A DNA stretch of 35,725 nucleotides from an uncultured Planctomycetales bacterium (lineage in GTDB: Bacteria; Omnitrophota; Gorgyraeia; Gygaellales; Profunditerraquicolaceae): contig CAZAPM010000017.1 of the NCBI GenBank assembly GCA_964487475.1, positions 1 to 35,725 on the forward strand, in the 5' to 3' direction. This document shows, one piece after another, positions 17,265-25,976 of this stretch (positions are counted from its first letter, which is position 1; each line of letters opens with the position of its first letter). Under the pieces are notes generated by a model, which saw only the letters and a list, made by a program, of their open reading frames with translations, had not been told where the DNA came from and ran no database searches. The translations under genes and the position numbers were made by a program.

Positions 17265-17633
17265 ATGGTAAGGAGAATAGATCTTGGAGAGTTGATGCTG
17301 ATGTGCCGTGCCGGAGAGCGGTTTACCCTTATCGACGTGTTGCCTGTTGAGAGTTATGAGCGGGAACATATCCCGGGAGCGATATCCCTGCCTTTGTCGG
17401 AAATAGACCGGGGAGCTGCCGAGATCATCGGTAAAGGTTCCGTGCCGGTGGTGTATTGCGCGAGTTTCGAGTGTACGGCCAGCACGCTGGCGGCCAGGAA
17501 GCTGGAGGCGTTGGGGCTGCGCAACGTGATGGAGTATAAGGGCGGGCTTAAGGAATACCGGGAAGCGGGATTTCCGCTTGAAGGGAGTGCGCATGAAGGA
17601 GTACATTGTGCGTCGTGCTGTACGTGTCATTAG
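17265..17633 (+). CDS. Rhodanese-like protein with Cys-rich tail
   Basis: [31 protein letters not shown]-terminal [18 protein letters not shown]. Confidence 0.9.
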   Translation: MVRRIDLGELMLMCRAGERFTLIDVLPVESYEREHIPGAISLPLSEIDRGAAEIIGKGSVPVVYCASFECTASTLAARKLEALGLRNVMEYKGGLKEYREAGFPLEGSAHEGVHCASCCTCH

Positions 17634-18684
17634 GGCGTTCTTTGCGGCGGCGGCAGTCGGAGCGGTCCTGATACCGGGAGGTATGGTCATGGCTGAGGAG
17701 AAGGCTTTGTTCGCGGGAGGGTGCTTCTGGTGTATGGAATCGGCGTTTGAGGTCCTTCCGGGAGTGGCGGAAGTGGTCTCGGGGTATGCGGGAGGAACGG
17801 GGAAGGATCCCACCTACGAAGATTATGCGCGCAAAGGGCATATTGAAGTGATCCAGGTGAGGTATGACCCTGGGAAAGCGTCCTTTGCGCAGCTATTGGA
17901 CGTCTTCTGGCGCCAGATCGACCCGACTGACGGGGGCGGCCAGTTCGTGGACCGCGGAGCGCAATACCGTTCGGCCATATTTTATTATAATGATGCCCAG
18001 AGGATGGAGGCGTTGCGCTCGCGGGATGCGCTGGCGGCGGCGGGGCGGTATGCTAAGCCGATCGTGACGGAGATCCTGCCGGCGGGTGAGTTCTATCCCG
18101 CGGAAGCGTACCATCAGGATTATTTCAAGAAAAGTCCGGTCAAGTATAAGTTCTACCGGTTCAATTCCGGGAGGGATCAGTATCTTAAGAAGGTCTGGGG
18201 GGAAGCCGGGGATCATTCTAAAGGTAAAGGCGGGGGTACTGGCGGAGAGAGGGGGGCTAAGGAAGGGTTGAAACGCACTCTCTCTCCGCTGCAATACCGG
18301 GTGACGCAGGAGAACGGGACGGAGCCGGCGTTCCGTAACGAATACTGGGATAATAAGCGGCCCGGGATATACGTGGACGTGGTTTCCGGAGAGCCGTTGT
18401 TCAGTTCTTTGGATAAATTCGATTCCGGCACCGGGTGGCCGAGCTTTACGCGGCCCCTTGAGCCGGATAATATCGTGGAGAAGAAGGACCGGAGTCTGTT
18501 TATGGTGCGTACCGAGGTGCGCAGCAAGAACGCGGATTCCCACCTGGGGCACGTCTTCAACGACGGCCCCGCCCCGACGGGGTTGCGCTACTGCATGAAT
18601 TCCGCCGCGCTGCGTTTTGTGCCGTTGGAGGAGTTGGAGGCGCAGGGGTACGGGCACTACGCCGGGCTTTTCCGCCGGGAATGA
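17593..18684 (+). CDS. msrAB: Bifunctional peptide methionine sulfoxide reductase MsrA/MsrB (alternative start 17689)
   Basis: Msr[17 protein letters not shown]; MsrB GTEPAF, GWPSF, HLGHVF.DGP, RYCMNS. Confidence 0.95.
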   Translation: MKEYIVRRAVRVIRAFFAAAAVGAVLIPGGMVMAEEKALFAGGCFWCMESAFEVLPGVAEVVSGYAGGTGKDPTYEDYARKGHIEVIQVRYDPGKASFAQLLDVFWRQIDPTDGGGQFVDRGAQYRSAIFYYNDAQRMEALRSRDALAAAGRYAKPIVTEILPAGEFYPAEAYHQDYFKKSPVKYKFYRFNSGRDQYLKKVWGEAGDHSKGKGGGTGGERGAKEGLKRTLSPLQYRVTQENGTEPAFRNEYWDNKRPGIYVDVVSGEPLFSSLDKFDSGTGWPSFTRPLEPDNIVEKKDRSLFMVRTEVRSKNADSHLGHVFNDGPAPTGLRYCMNSAALRFVPLEELEAQGYGHYAGLFRRE

Positions 18685-18704
18685 TCTCATCCCCGCCGAA
18701 ACGC

Positions 18705-18732
18705 TTGCAATTGCCGCGTATTAATTTACAAT
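18705..18732 (+). promoter_or_regulatory. Putative sigma70 promoter
   Basis: TTGCAA-N16-TACAAT, then SD GGAGG. Confidence 0.5.
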
Positions 18733-18761
18733 GATACCAGGATATGCACGGAGGTTTTTTT

Positions 18762-19550
18762 ATGGATTTTTTATCGGTAGCGATCGCGGCGGCGCGTAAG
18801 GCCGGCGCAGTGCACAAGAAATATTACGGGAAAAAGACCGCAAAGGTGAGACAGAAGAAGGTCTCCTTTGACCTGATCACTGCGGCGGATACGGAGGCCG
18901 AGGCGGCGGCGGTCTCCCTGATCCGCAGGAGCTTTCCCGACCATAACTTCCTCGGCGAGGAGAGCAAGTACCGGAAAACCGCTTCGGAGTATACCTGGAT
19001 CATCGATCCCCTGGACGGCACGAACAATTTTGCCTGCGGGATCCCCATCTTCTGCGCGTCGGTAGGGCTTAAGTATAAGGATGCTATCGTCGCCGGGGCG
19101 GTGTTTGACGTGATCAAACGCGAGCTTTTTTACGCGGCCAAAGGTAAGGGTGCGTTCTTGAACGGAAAGCGCATGTCCGTCAACAGTGCCGGGACCCTGA
19201 AGGAATCCATGCTTATCATCGGGTTCTATTATGACCGGGGTAAAGACATGATCGAGACGCTGGAGGCTATAAAACTGTTCAATTTGAAACATATCCTGGG
19301 GATACGGCGGCTGGGAGCGGCGGCGCTGGACCTCTGTTACGTCGCCTGCGGGCGGGCAGCGGGATTCTGGGAGCACAAGTTAAGCCCCTGGGATTTTGCC
19401 GCGGGAAAGCTCCTGATCGAGGAGGCGGGCGGGCAGGTCACCGGCCGTAAGGGAGAGCCGGTCCCCTTGGACGAGCCTTCTTTTATCGTTTCCTCGAACG
19501 GCCTCATCCACCGCCAGATGCTCAGCGTGATCTCCTCGGCGCGGGAATAG
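18762..19550 (+). CDS. suhB: Inositol monophosphatase family protein (SuhB-like)
   Basis: T.AD..AE, GEE, WIIDPLDGTNNF, RRLGAAALDLCYVA, WDFAAG. Confidence 0.88.
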   Translation: MDFLSVAIAAARKAGAVHKKYYGKKTAKVRQKKVSFDLITAADTEAEAAAVSLIRRSFPDHNFLGEESKYRKTASEYTWIIDPLDGTNNFACGIPIFCASVGLKYKDAIVAGAVFDVIKRELFYAAKGKGAFLNGKRMSVNSAGTLKESMLIIGFYYDRGKDMIETLEAIKLFNLKHILGIRRLGAAALDLCYVACGRAAGFWEHKLSPWDFAAGKLLIEEAGGQVTGRKGEPVPLDEPSFIVSSNGLIHRQMLSVISSARE

Positions 19551-19565
19551 TTGATCGGATAACCT

Positions 19566-20309
19566 ATGCCCATACACGAAGGATTCCTGGATTCGGCGGG
19601 CACGCAGAAGATACACTATGTGCACTATGAGGCCGGTCATGCGGCGTGCGTGATCATTTCGCACGGGTTTTTCAACAGCGCGCAGGCGACGCTGCTGCTC
19701 AAGCTAAAAGATGCGCTGCTGGCGGATTACGACGTGTTGATGTTCGATTACCGCGGCCATGGCAAGAGTCCGGGGGTTTTTACCTGGGCTTCCCAGGAGC
19801 CGGCTGACCTTATGGCGGTGCTGGAATATGGGCAGGCACGTTACCGGCACCTGGGGCTCATCGGGTTTTCTTTAGGAGGAGCGATCGGCGTGGTGACGGT
19901 CGCGCGGAATCCGGTGGTGGAATCCCTGGTCGTGGTCAGCGCTCCCCGCTCCTTTGAGGATATCGAGTTCAAATTCTGGAATCTGGATTTTGAGGAAGAC
20001 ATCATCTATAACCTGCGGGAGGGGCGGAAAGGCAAGGGGGTGCGTCCCGGGCCTTTCTGGCTTAAGAAGCGGCGGCCGGAGGAGGAAGCGGTCAGGATCA
20101 CCTGCCCCGTCCTTTACATCCACGGGGATAAGGATTGGGTGATCGATCACCGGCATTCCCTCGAGCTTTTTGAAAGGACCCCGGGGCGCAAGGCGCTGAG
20201 GATCATCAAGCAGGGCACGCATGCGGAATATCTGCTGCGCAAAGAGCCGCAGTCTGCGGAATTCCTGTCTACGGTCAAAGAGTGGTTCTCCGAAACCCTT
20301 ACCAAGTAG
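19566..20309 (+). CDS. Alpha/beta hydrolase
   Basis: HGF, FDYRGHGKS, nucleophile elbow GFSLG, HGDKD, H near the C-terminus. Confidence 0.9.
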   Translation: MPIHEGFLDSAGTQKIHYVHYEAGHAACVIISHGFFNSAQATLLLKLKDALLADYDVLMFDYRGHGKSPGVFTWASQEPADLMAVLEYGQARYRHLGLIGFSLGGAIGVVTVARNPVVESLVVVSAPRSFEDIEFKFWNLDFEEDIIYNLREGRKGKGVRPGPFWLKKRRPEEEAVRITCPVLYIHGDKDWVIDHRHSLELFERTPGRKALRIIKQGTHAEYLLRKEPQSAEFLSTVKEWFSETLTK

Positions 20310-20455
20310 GGACGGTTCTGATTTACGGTTAAAAGTGTCCCCTTTCCTCGGTAGAAAAGGGGACATTTTACGCGTATTGCAGATGCGTTATATTGGCTCG
20401 ACGGGAATAAATAAAAGGAGGGGGACAGTTTATACCGTGTTTGAGAACCGTCCCT
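20308..20455. repeat. Nested palindromic REP/MITE-like element
   Basis: Perfect 12-bp terminal IR AGGGACGGTTCT/AGAACCGTCCCT; inner hairpin TGTCCCCTTT (20336-45)/AAAGGGGACA (20356-65); extra GGGGACAG; AT-rich interior. Confidence 0.65.
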
Positions 20456-20458
20456 GAG

Positions 20459-21775
20459 ATGAAGATACTGCTGTATAGTTTGCCGCCGACGGGGGGAGAC
20501 CTGTTCCCCGTCTCCCAGGGGTATATCGCCGCGTCCCTGCGAGCCGCCGGATTCGACTGCGCGCTCGGCGAGGTCGAGTCGCTCTCCACCCGTACCGGCC
20601 AGGAAGTGGCCAATTTCGTCATCTCCTACAAACCCCGCATCGTTTCCTTCTGCGTCTATCAGGCCAATATCAAGGTCGCGCTGCAGCTCTCCAGGCTGGT
20701 CAAGATGATCGATCCGGCTATCGTGATCGTCTTCGGCGGGCCGCAGGTGACCTTCATGCCTTCGGCTGCGCTGCGCCAGATGCCGAACGTGGACGTGTTG
20801 GTGCGGGGGGAGGGGGAAACGGTGATGCCGGCGCTGGCCTCCTGCCTCCGGCGAAACGGCGATATCTCGAAGGTCAGGGGGATATGCTTCCTTTCCCGCG
20901 GCCGGATCCATGATATCCCTTCCGCGCCCCTTACCCGTGACCTGGACCGTTTTCCTTCACCGTATACGTCCGGGGTGTTCGATCTTACCCGGCATGCTAC
21001 CGCGGCCATGCTGACGTCCCGCGGCTGCCCGTATGCCTGCAGGTTCTGTTATACCCCGGAGGCGTTCAAAAGGAGTTTCCGTACGCACTCCGTGGCGCGC
21101 GTCCTTAAGGATATGGCGGCGTGCATCGACGCGGGGATAGAAAAGTTCTTCTTCGCCGATCCTTCTTTTACCGTCGACCGGCGCAGGGCGGCATCGATCA
21201 TGCGGGGGATCATCCGCATGAAATGGAAGGTTCAGATCTGGTGCGAAACCCGGGATGACCTGGTCGACCATGCGTTGCTGGCGCTCATGTCCAAAGCCGG
21301 GGTGCGCCGCATCGCCTTCGGCCTGGAATCCATCGATCCTGCGGTCAACCGCGCCATCGGCAAGCGCATCGATCCGGCCTCCTTCGCCGAAAAGGTGCGT
21401 CGTGCGCAGTCCCTGGGGATGGAGGTCGAGGTCTTCACGCAATGCGGCCTTCCCTTCCAGTCCAAGGAGTCCTGCCTGCGTACCGTCGGTTTCCTGAAAG
21501 GCCTGGGGATCTCTCTGCGCGGCAACTCCGGCGGCCAGCAGATGAATCTTTTCTTTGGCACGGAGTTTACGCGCCGTCCGGCCTCTTTCGGCATCCGGGT
21601 AGAGCGGCGGAAACGCCCGGCATACCTTTCCCCGGGTACGGAGTTCTCCACCCGCTGGATGACGCGCCAAGACATCGCTTCGGTGCTGCAGCGCTACCGT
21701 AAAACCCCTGCGGCCGGGCGCAAAGCGTTCATGAAAAAGGGTTCCATTTCGGGCTTGTGCATCGGCGGCGTTTAG
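20459..21775 (+). CDS. B12-binding radical SAM protein
   Basis: N-terminal cobalamin-binding domain (GGPQVT, VRGEGE), SRGCPYACRFC, GLES. Confidence 0.92.
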   Translation: MKILLYSLPPTGGDLFPVSQGYIAASLRAAGFDCALGEVESLSTRTGQEVANFVISYKPRIVSFCVYQANIKVALQLSRLVKMIDPAIVIVFGGPQVTFMPSAALRQMPNVDVLVRGEGETVMPALASCLRRNGDISKVRGICFLSRGRIHDIPSAPLTRDLDRFPSPYTSGVFDLTRHATAAMLTSRGCPYACRFCYTPEAFKRSFRTHSVARVLKDMAACIDAGIEKFFFADPSFTVDRRRAASIMRGIIRMKWKVQIWCETRDDLVDHALLALMSKAGVRRIAFGLESIDPAVNRAIGKRIDPASFAEKVRRAQSLGMEVEVFTQCGLPFQSKESCLRTVGFLKGLGISLRGNSGGQQMNLFFGTEFTRRPASFGIRVERRKRPAYLSPGTEFSTRWMTRQDIASVLQRYRKTPAAGRKAFMKKGSISGLCIGGV

Positions 21776-21783
21776 GGTAAAAT
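21755..21783 (+). promoter_or_regulatory. Putative sigma70 promoter of the TMEM175 gene
   Basis: TTGTGC-N17-TAAAAT. Confidence 0.4.
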
Positions 21784-21803
21784 GCAAAGCATAAGGGGGG
21801 AGC

Positions 21804-22472
21804 ATGGAGCACCTGCACGAAGAGCACCTGAAGGAAGAGAAGGAGACCGGCAGGATCGAGGCATTCAGCGACGGGGTATTCGCCATCGCCATCACCCTGC
21901 TGATCATCGATATCAAGGTCCCCCATGAGTCGGATCTGCATGCCTTCGGGGGCAAGCTCTTGCCCGCGCTGCTTAATCTCTGGCCCGCCTACATAGGCTT
22001 CGTGATCAGTTTCTGCACCATCCTCATCATCTGGGCCAACCACCACCGGCTTTTCAATTATATCTGCCGCAGCGACGACCGGTTCCTCTTCTCGAACGGT
22101 TCCCTGCTTTTCCTGGTCACGTTCATTCCTTTCCCCACTGCCGTGCTGGCGGAGTATATCCGCACCCCCCAGGCGAATGTGGCTGCAGCCCTTTATTCGG
22201 GCACTTTTTTCCTGGTGGCGCTGGTGTTTAACCTGCTCTGGCGCCATGCGTCCAAGAAATGCCGCCTTCTTGACCGTTCGGTCGATACCTGTACCGCGGA
22301 TGCCATCTCGAAGCAGTTCCGCGTCCGTCCGCCGCTCTATTTCCTGGCGTTCCTTTTCTCCTTTTTCTCCGTTCCCCTGTGTATCATCATGTGCTTCGGC
22401 CTGGCGGTGTTCTTCGCCATGACGGGCAAGATCACTCGTTTGACCTGCTCCATCAAGAAGCCCCGTTCTTGA
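21804..22472 (+). CDS. TMEM175-family potassium channel (DUF1211)
   Basis: RIEAFSDGVFAIAITLLI signature, W..HH, six TM helices. Confidence 0.92.
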   Translation: MEHLHEEHLKEEKETGRIEAFSDGVFAIAITLLIIDIKVPHESDLHAFGGKLLPALLNLWPAYIGFVISFCTILIIWANHHRLFNYICRSDDRFLFSNGSLLFLVTFIPFPTAVLAEYIRTPQANVAAALYSGTFFLVALVFNLLWRHASKKCRLLDRSVDTCTADAISKQFRVRPPLYFLAFLFSFFSVPLCIIMCFGLAVFFAMTGKITRLTCSIKKPRS

Positions 22473-22497
22473 CGGGACCCCGTCTTTCCGTTACAAT
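22469..22497 (+). promoter_or_regulatory. sigma70 promoter of the autotransporter
   Basis: TTGACG-N17-TACAAT; SD GGAGG before ATG 22544. Confidence 0.6.
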
Positions 22498-22543
22498 AAG
22501 ATAAGTCTTCCTTAGTAACTCTTCACAATCTGGAGGTGGATTG

Positions 22544-24988
22544 ATGAGAGTAAGAATTTCCTGCCGTATACTGTCCGTTGCTTCCGCCTTTATTTTCTTA
22601 TCCTTTTTTCCTCATCTGTCCTTAGTGCGAGTGGCTGCGAGTATAGTCATTTCCCCACAGGATATCTTATCTAACACCGATATAGACGGCAGCGGGGAAG
22701 GGGCAGGGCTTTCCTTTCTCGGGGATTTCACTTTGCGCGTACCCGATGCAAAAGATATCGGCAATACCGCGGGAGTGAGCGCGAATACGAATGGTGCAGT
22801 AAGGGGAACGGTCTCGGCCGAAGGGACTACGGCTATATCCGGGTCCCTGGGTCAAGCCGGAGTCGGGAACTCGTTGAAAGCGCTCTATATAAACGGCACG
22901 GCCGCTAAGACCGTAACCGCCAGCGCCCCTTTGTACGTCCAGACTACTACAATCGGCGCGGCGACCCTTGGCGCAACCCAGGGGCTTGCCGGCACTACTC
23001 TGCATTTTTCCGGGGATGGCGCGTTTCTCCTTTCTGACGGATATGACCTGACCGTCAACGTCACTAATGCGGTGAGCGGGCAGGGGACTGTTACTGTGGC
23101 AGGGGCCAGCACGCTGACCGGTGGTATTGGGAATACTGGAAGCGGTCTCAAGTTGTTGACTATCGGGTCAGGAACGACAGGAAAGATCGTAACGGTAAGC
23201 GGAGGAGATGTTAAGGCTTCCACCATAAACTTTGCGGTTGATAATCAGCTTAAAATACCTGCCGGATATGGACTTACGGGAACAGTGACCTCATCGGCCA
23301 ATAACATCGGCACCCTGACGTATCTGGGGAGTGCGATTTCAGGAGGTACTGTCGGCAGCATTTCGGGCAACAAGATCAAGGCCCTCAATATTGACGGCGG
23401 TACTTTCACTCTCGGACACAATGTCGGCGCCACCACTACTACCGTAAATAACGCAGCTGCAATAGTTTTGGCGTCTGATGTTACCATGGCGGGTGACCTT
23501 ACCCTCGCAGGGACTTCCTCTTTGAGCCTTGGCAGTAAAGCATTGACCCTGACGGGTACGGGTATTTATACGCAGGGAGCTGGAACCGGTCTTTCCCTGA
23601 CGATCGACAGTGCCTCGACCTTCGGTCATATTGCCGCTGCGGGAAATGCCGCGGTCTCGGCTTCCAGCGGTCTTACCGTAAACGTGGGTGGATATGTCGC
23701 TGACGGAACTACCTTCAAGGTGGTTGATGGCGGCGGCGGTGCGGGGGTTGGTGTTCCCGGATCCCTTAGCGATAACAGTAATGTGCTGAACTTCACTGCT
23801 TCGTCTTCGTCCGGTGATCTTATTCTTACTGCCAGCCGCGTTAATACCTATGATACTCTGGTCTCTTCCGGCTCTTCTGCCGCTCCCGCAGCCCAGGCGC
23901 TCGAATCACTAGGTTCTTCCGCATCCGGGGATATGCTGACCGTGCTCAATACGCTGGATACGCTCGGCTCGAGCTCGGAAGTCGATTCCGCGCTCAAGGA
24001 TATCGCCCCGGAAAGCAGCGGTGCGGTCGCGGGTACGAGTTTTTATTCCGCCACGCAAGCCCTGAATACCATCACCAACCATGTTTCGGGAGCGTTCACT
24101 ACCGCGTTCCGGTTGATGAAAGAGACCGGGATCTCGGCCGGCGATGTTCCTTCATTTTTCAGCGGGACATGGTTGAAAGGGTTTGGAGGGCATTATTCGC
24201 AGAAACCTCGATCGGGCCAGGACGGGTATGTATGCGAGGTAAGCGGGATCGCGGCGGGTATAGAGAGGATGGTTCAGGACGCCCTGACGCTTGGCGCAAG
24301 CATCGGGTATGCATTTAATAATATCAACAACCGCGGAGGGGCGGTTTCGGGGACGGACGTTGATAGTTATCAGGGATCTCTGTACGCATTTCACACGGGG
24401 GAATCTTTCTATATCACTTCCGGTGTGTCTCTGGCGCTCAATTCCTACCAGGGACGGAGGATGATCGATTTCGGCAGTATCCTGCGTCAGGCCGATGCGG
24501 AGTATTCCGGCCAGCAGTATTCCGTTTTCATCGACGGCGGATACGTGATCCCTGCAGGCGGATTCGAGGTGACGCCTCTGGCCTCGTTATTGTATCAGCA
24601 TTTGCGTTTGGGAAGTTACACCGAGACCGGCGCGGGAAGCCTGAACTTAAGCGTCAAACCGCAGCGGTATGACGTGCTGCAGTCCGGGCTGGGCGTGCGT
24701 GTCGCCTACCCCTGGAAGAGGGGGAGTGTGACGTTCACTCCCGAGGTCCATTATAAGTGGCTGCATGATTTTATCGCCGATAAAGTGTCCATGACTTCGT
24801 CGTTCACCGGAGGCGGCGCTTCCTTTTCCACCAACGGAGCGACCCCTGACCGTAACAGCCATGCGTTCGGTGCCGGAGTGGTGTGCGCGCTGGGAGACCG
24901 TGTCACGATCGAGCCGGTGTATACCTTTGAATGCAAAGAGAAGTTCAAGGGCCATTCCGGAAGCGTGGTCTTTAAGTTCGAATTCTAA
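22544..24988 (+). CDS. Autotransporter (type Va) with Gly/Thr/Ser-rich beta-helical passenger
   Basis: Signal peptide; passenger repeats (GTVTVAGASTLTGGIG, GTLTYLGS); GISAGD linker; barrel W.KGFG..YTETGAGSLNL..; C-terminal FKFEF. Confidence 0.92.
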   Translation: MRVRISCRILSVASAFIFLSFFPHLSLVRVAASIVISPQDILSNTDIDGSGEGAGLSFLGDFTLRVPDAKDIGNTAGVSANTNGAVRGTVSAEGTTAISGSLGQAGVGNSLKALYINGTAAKTVTASAPLYVQTTTIGAATLGATQGLAGTTLHFSGDGAFLLSDGYDLTVNVTNAVSGQGTVTVAGASTLTGGIGNTGSGLKLLTIGSGTTGKIVTVSGGDVKASTINFAVDNQLKIPAGYGLTGTVTSSANNIGTLTYLGSAISGGTVGSISGNKIKALNIDGGTFTLGHNVGATTTTVNNAAAIVLASDVTMAGDLTLAGTSSLSLGSKALTLTGTGIYTQGAGTGLSLTIDSASTFGHIAAAGNAAVSASSGLTVNVGGYVADGTTFKVVDGGGGAGVGVPGSLSDNSNVLNFTASSSSGDLILTASRVNTYDTLVSSGSSAAPAAQALESLGSSASGDMLTVLNTLDTLGSSSEVDSALKDIAPESSGAVAGTSFYSATQALNTITNHVSGAFTTAFRLMKETGISAGDVPSFFSGTWLKGFGGHYSQKPRSGQDGYVCEVSGIAAGIERMVQDALTLGASIGYAFNNINNRGGAVSGTDVDSYQGSLYAFHTGESFYITSGVSLALNSYQGRRMIDFGSILRQADAEYSGQQYSVFIDGGYVIPAGGFEVTPLASLLYQHLRLGSYTETGAGSLNLSVKPQRYDVLQSGLGVRVAYPWKRGSVTFTPEVHYKWLHDFIADKVSMTSSFTGGGASFSTNGATPDRNSHAFGAGVVCALGDRVTIEPVYTFECKEKFKGHSGSVVFKFEF

Positions 24989-24990
24989 GC

Positions 24991-25800
24991 TTGAAACTGT
25001 CAGCAGCGGTATTCATGTTGTGCGCGGCACTTGGTGCAGGTGGTTGTGTCGCACCTGCGCATCTGCGCGGGCTCGGTATGCTCCGGGAAGATATTCCCGC
25101 CAACTCGTTTACGCTTTATTCTCTGCAGCGCATTTCCGATCCGGGCAAGCCCGTGCATATTTACATCGAAGGCGACGGCAGGGCCTGGATCTCGCGTACC
25201 CGCAAGTCCAGCGATCCGACACCCCGTTCGGACCTGATGCGTGTCCTGGCTTCAAGGGACCGTTCGGAAAATGTGGCGTATCTGGCGCGGCCGTGCCAGT
25301 TCATTCAGTCCGGACCCTGCGATCCCGCGTATTGGGGTAGACGCAGGTTCGCTCCGGAAGTGATCGAAACGATGAACCTGGCGGTGGACCGGATCAAGGC
25401 CGAATCCCGCGCCGCCGAAGTGTTTCTCACCGGGTATTCGGGAGGAGGGACGGTGGCGTTGCTGCTGGCGGCGCAGCGTAACGATATCGCGGGAGTGACT
25501 ACGATCGCCGGTATGCTTGATCATCGGGCACTCATGGAGTGGCACGGGGTAAGTGCTCTGGAGGGGTCGCTGAATCCCGTGGATTTCGCGGGTTTGCTGC
25601 GCTGGGTGCCGCAGCGGCACTTTTTCGGCAAGATGGATAGGGTAGTGCCCCGGGAATCCGCGAGCGCGTATCTGACGAGCCTGGGAGAGACCGGCTGTGC
25701 GGTTGTAGCGGACATCCCCGGAACGGATCATGTGAAGGGATGGAAAGAACGCTGGCCGGCGCTTGAGGCCACCAAGTTCCCCTGCGAAAGGAAGGGATGA
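24991..25800 (+). CDS. Lipoprotein alpha/beta hydrolase (esterase-like)
   Basis: Lipobox-like GAGGC; YIEGDGRAW, DPTP, ARPCQ, GYSGG elbow, G..D.VV, H..GW. Confidence 0.85.
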   Translation: MKLSAAVFMLCAALGAGGCVAPAHLRGLGMLREDIPANSFTLYSLQRISDPGKPVHIYIEGDGRAWISRTRKSSDPTPRSDLMRVLASRDRSENVAYLARPCQFIQSGPCDPAYWGRRRFAPEVIETMNLAVDRIKAESRAAEVFLTGYSGGGTVALLLAAQRNDIAGVTTIAGMLDHRALMEWHGVSALEGSLNPVDFAGLLRWVPQRHFFGKMDRVVPRESASAYLTSLGETGCAVVADIPGTDHVKGWKERWPALEATKFPCERKG

Positions 25801-25976
25801 TGGAGCATAAGATCGGACATCTGACGGTACAGATATTCAAGATCAGGAACCGCAGCGGGTTCGCGGCGGTGTGCAGCGATCATCTCACCGAAGGCGCTAC
25901 CCAGGAGGAGGCGTATCAGCGTATGGTCAAGGCCTTGCGACGTACCACCAGGCATGATCCGTCCAATGCGCGATAA
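25797..25976 (+). CDS. 59-aa small protein, HicB-like (not in the ORF track)
   Basis: MMEHKIGHLTVQIFKIRNRSGFAAVCSDHLTEGATQEEAYQRMVKALRRTTRHDPSNAR; ATGA coupling, purine-rich SD region, fills the gap; G.T.EEA motif. Confidence 0.7.
   Translation: MMEHKIGHLTVQIFKIRNRSGFAAVCSDHLTEGATQEEAYQRMVKALRRTTRHDPSNAR

Noticed and set aside
17593..18684. Selenocysteine-containing Msr
   Set aside because: Catalytic residues are Cys codons; the TGA is at the natural C-terminus
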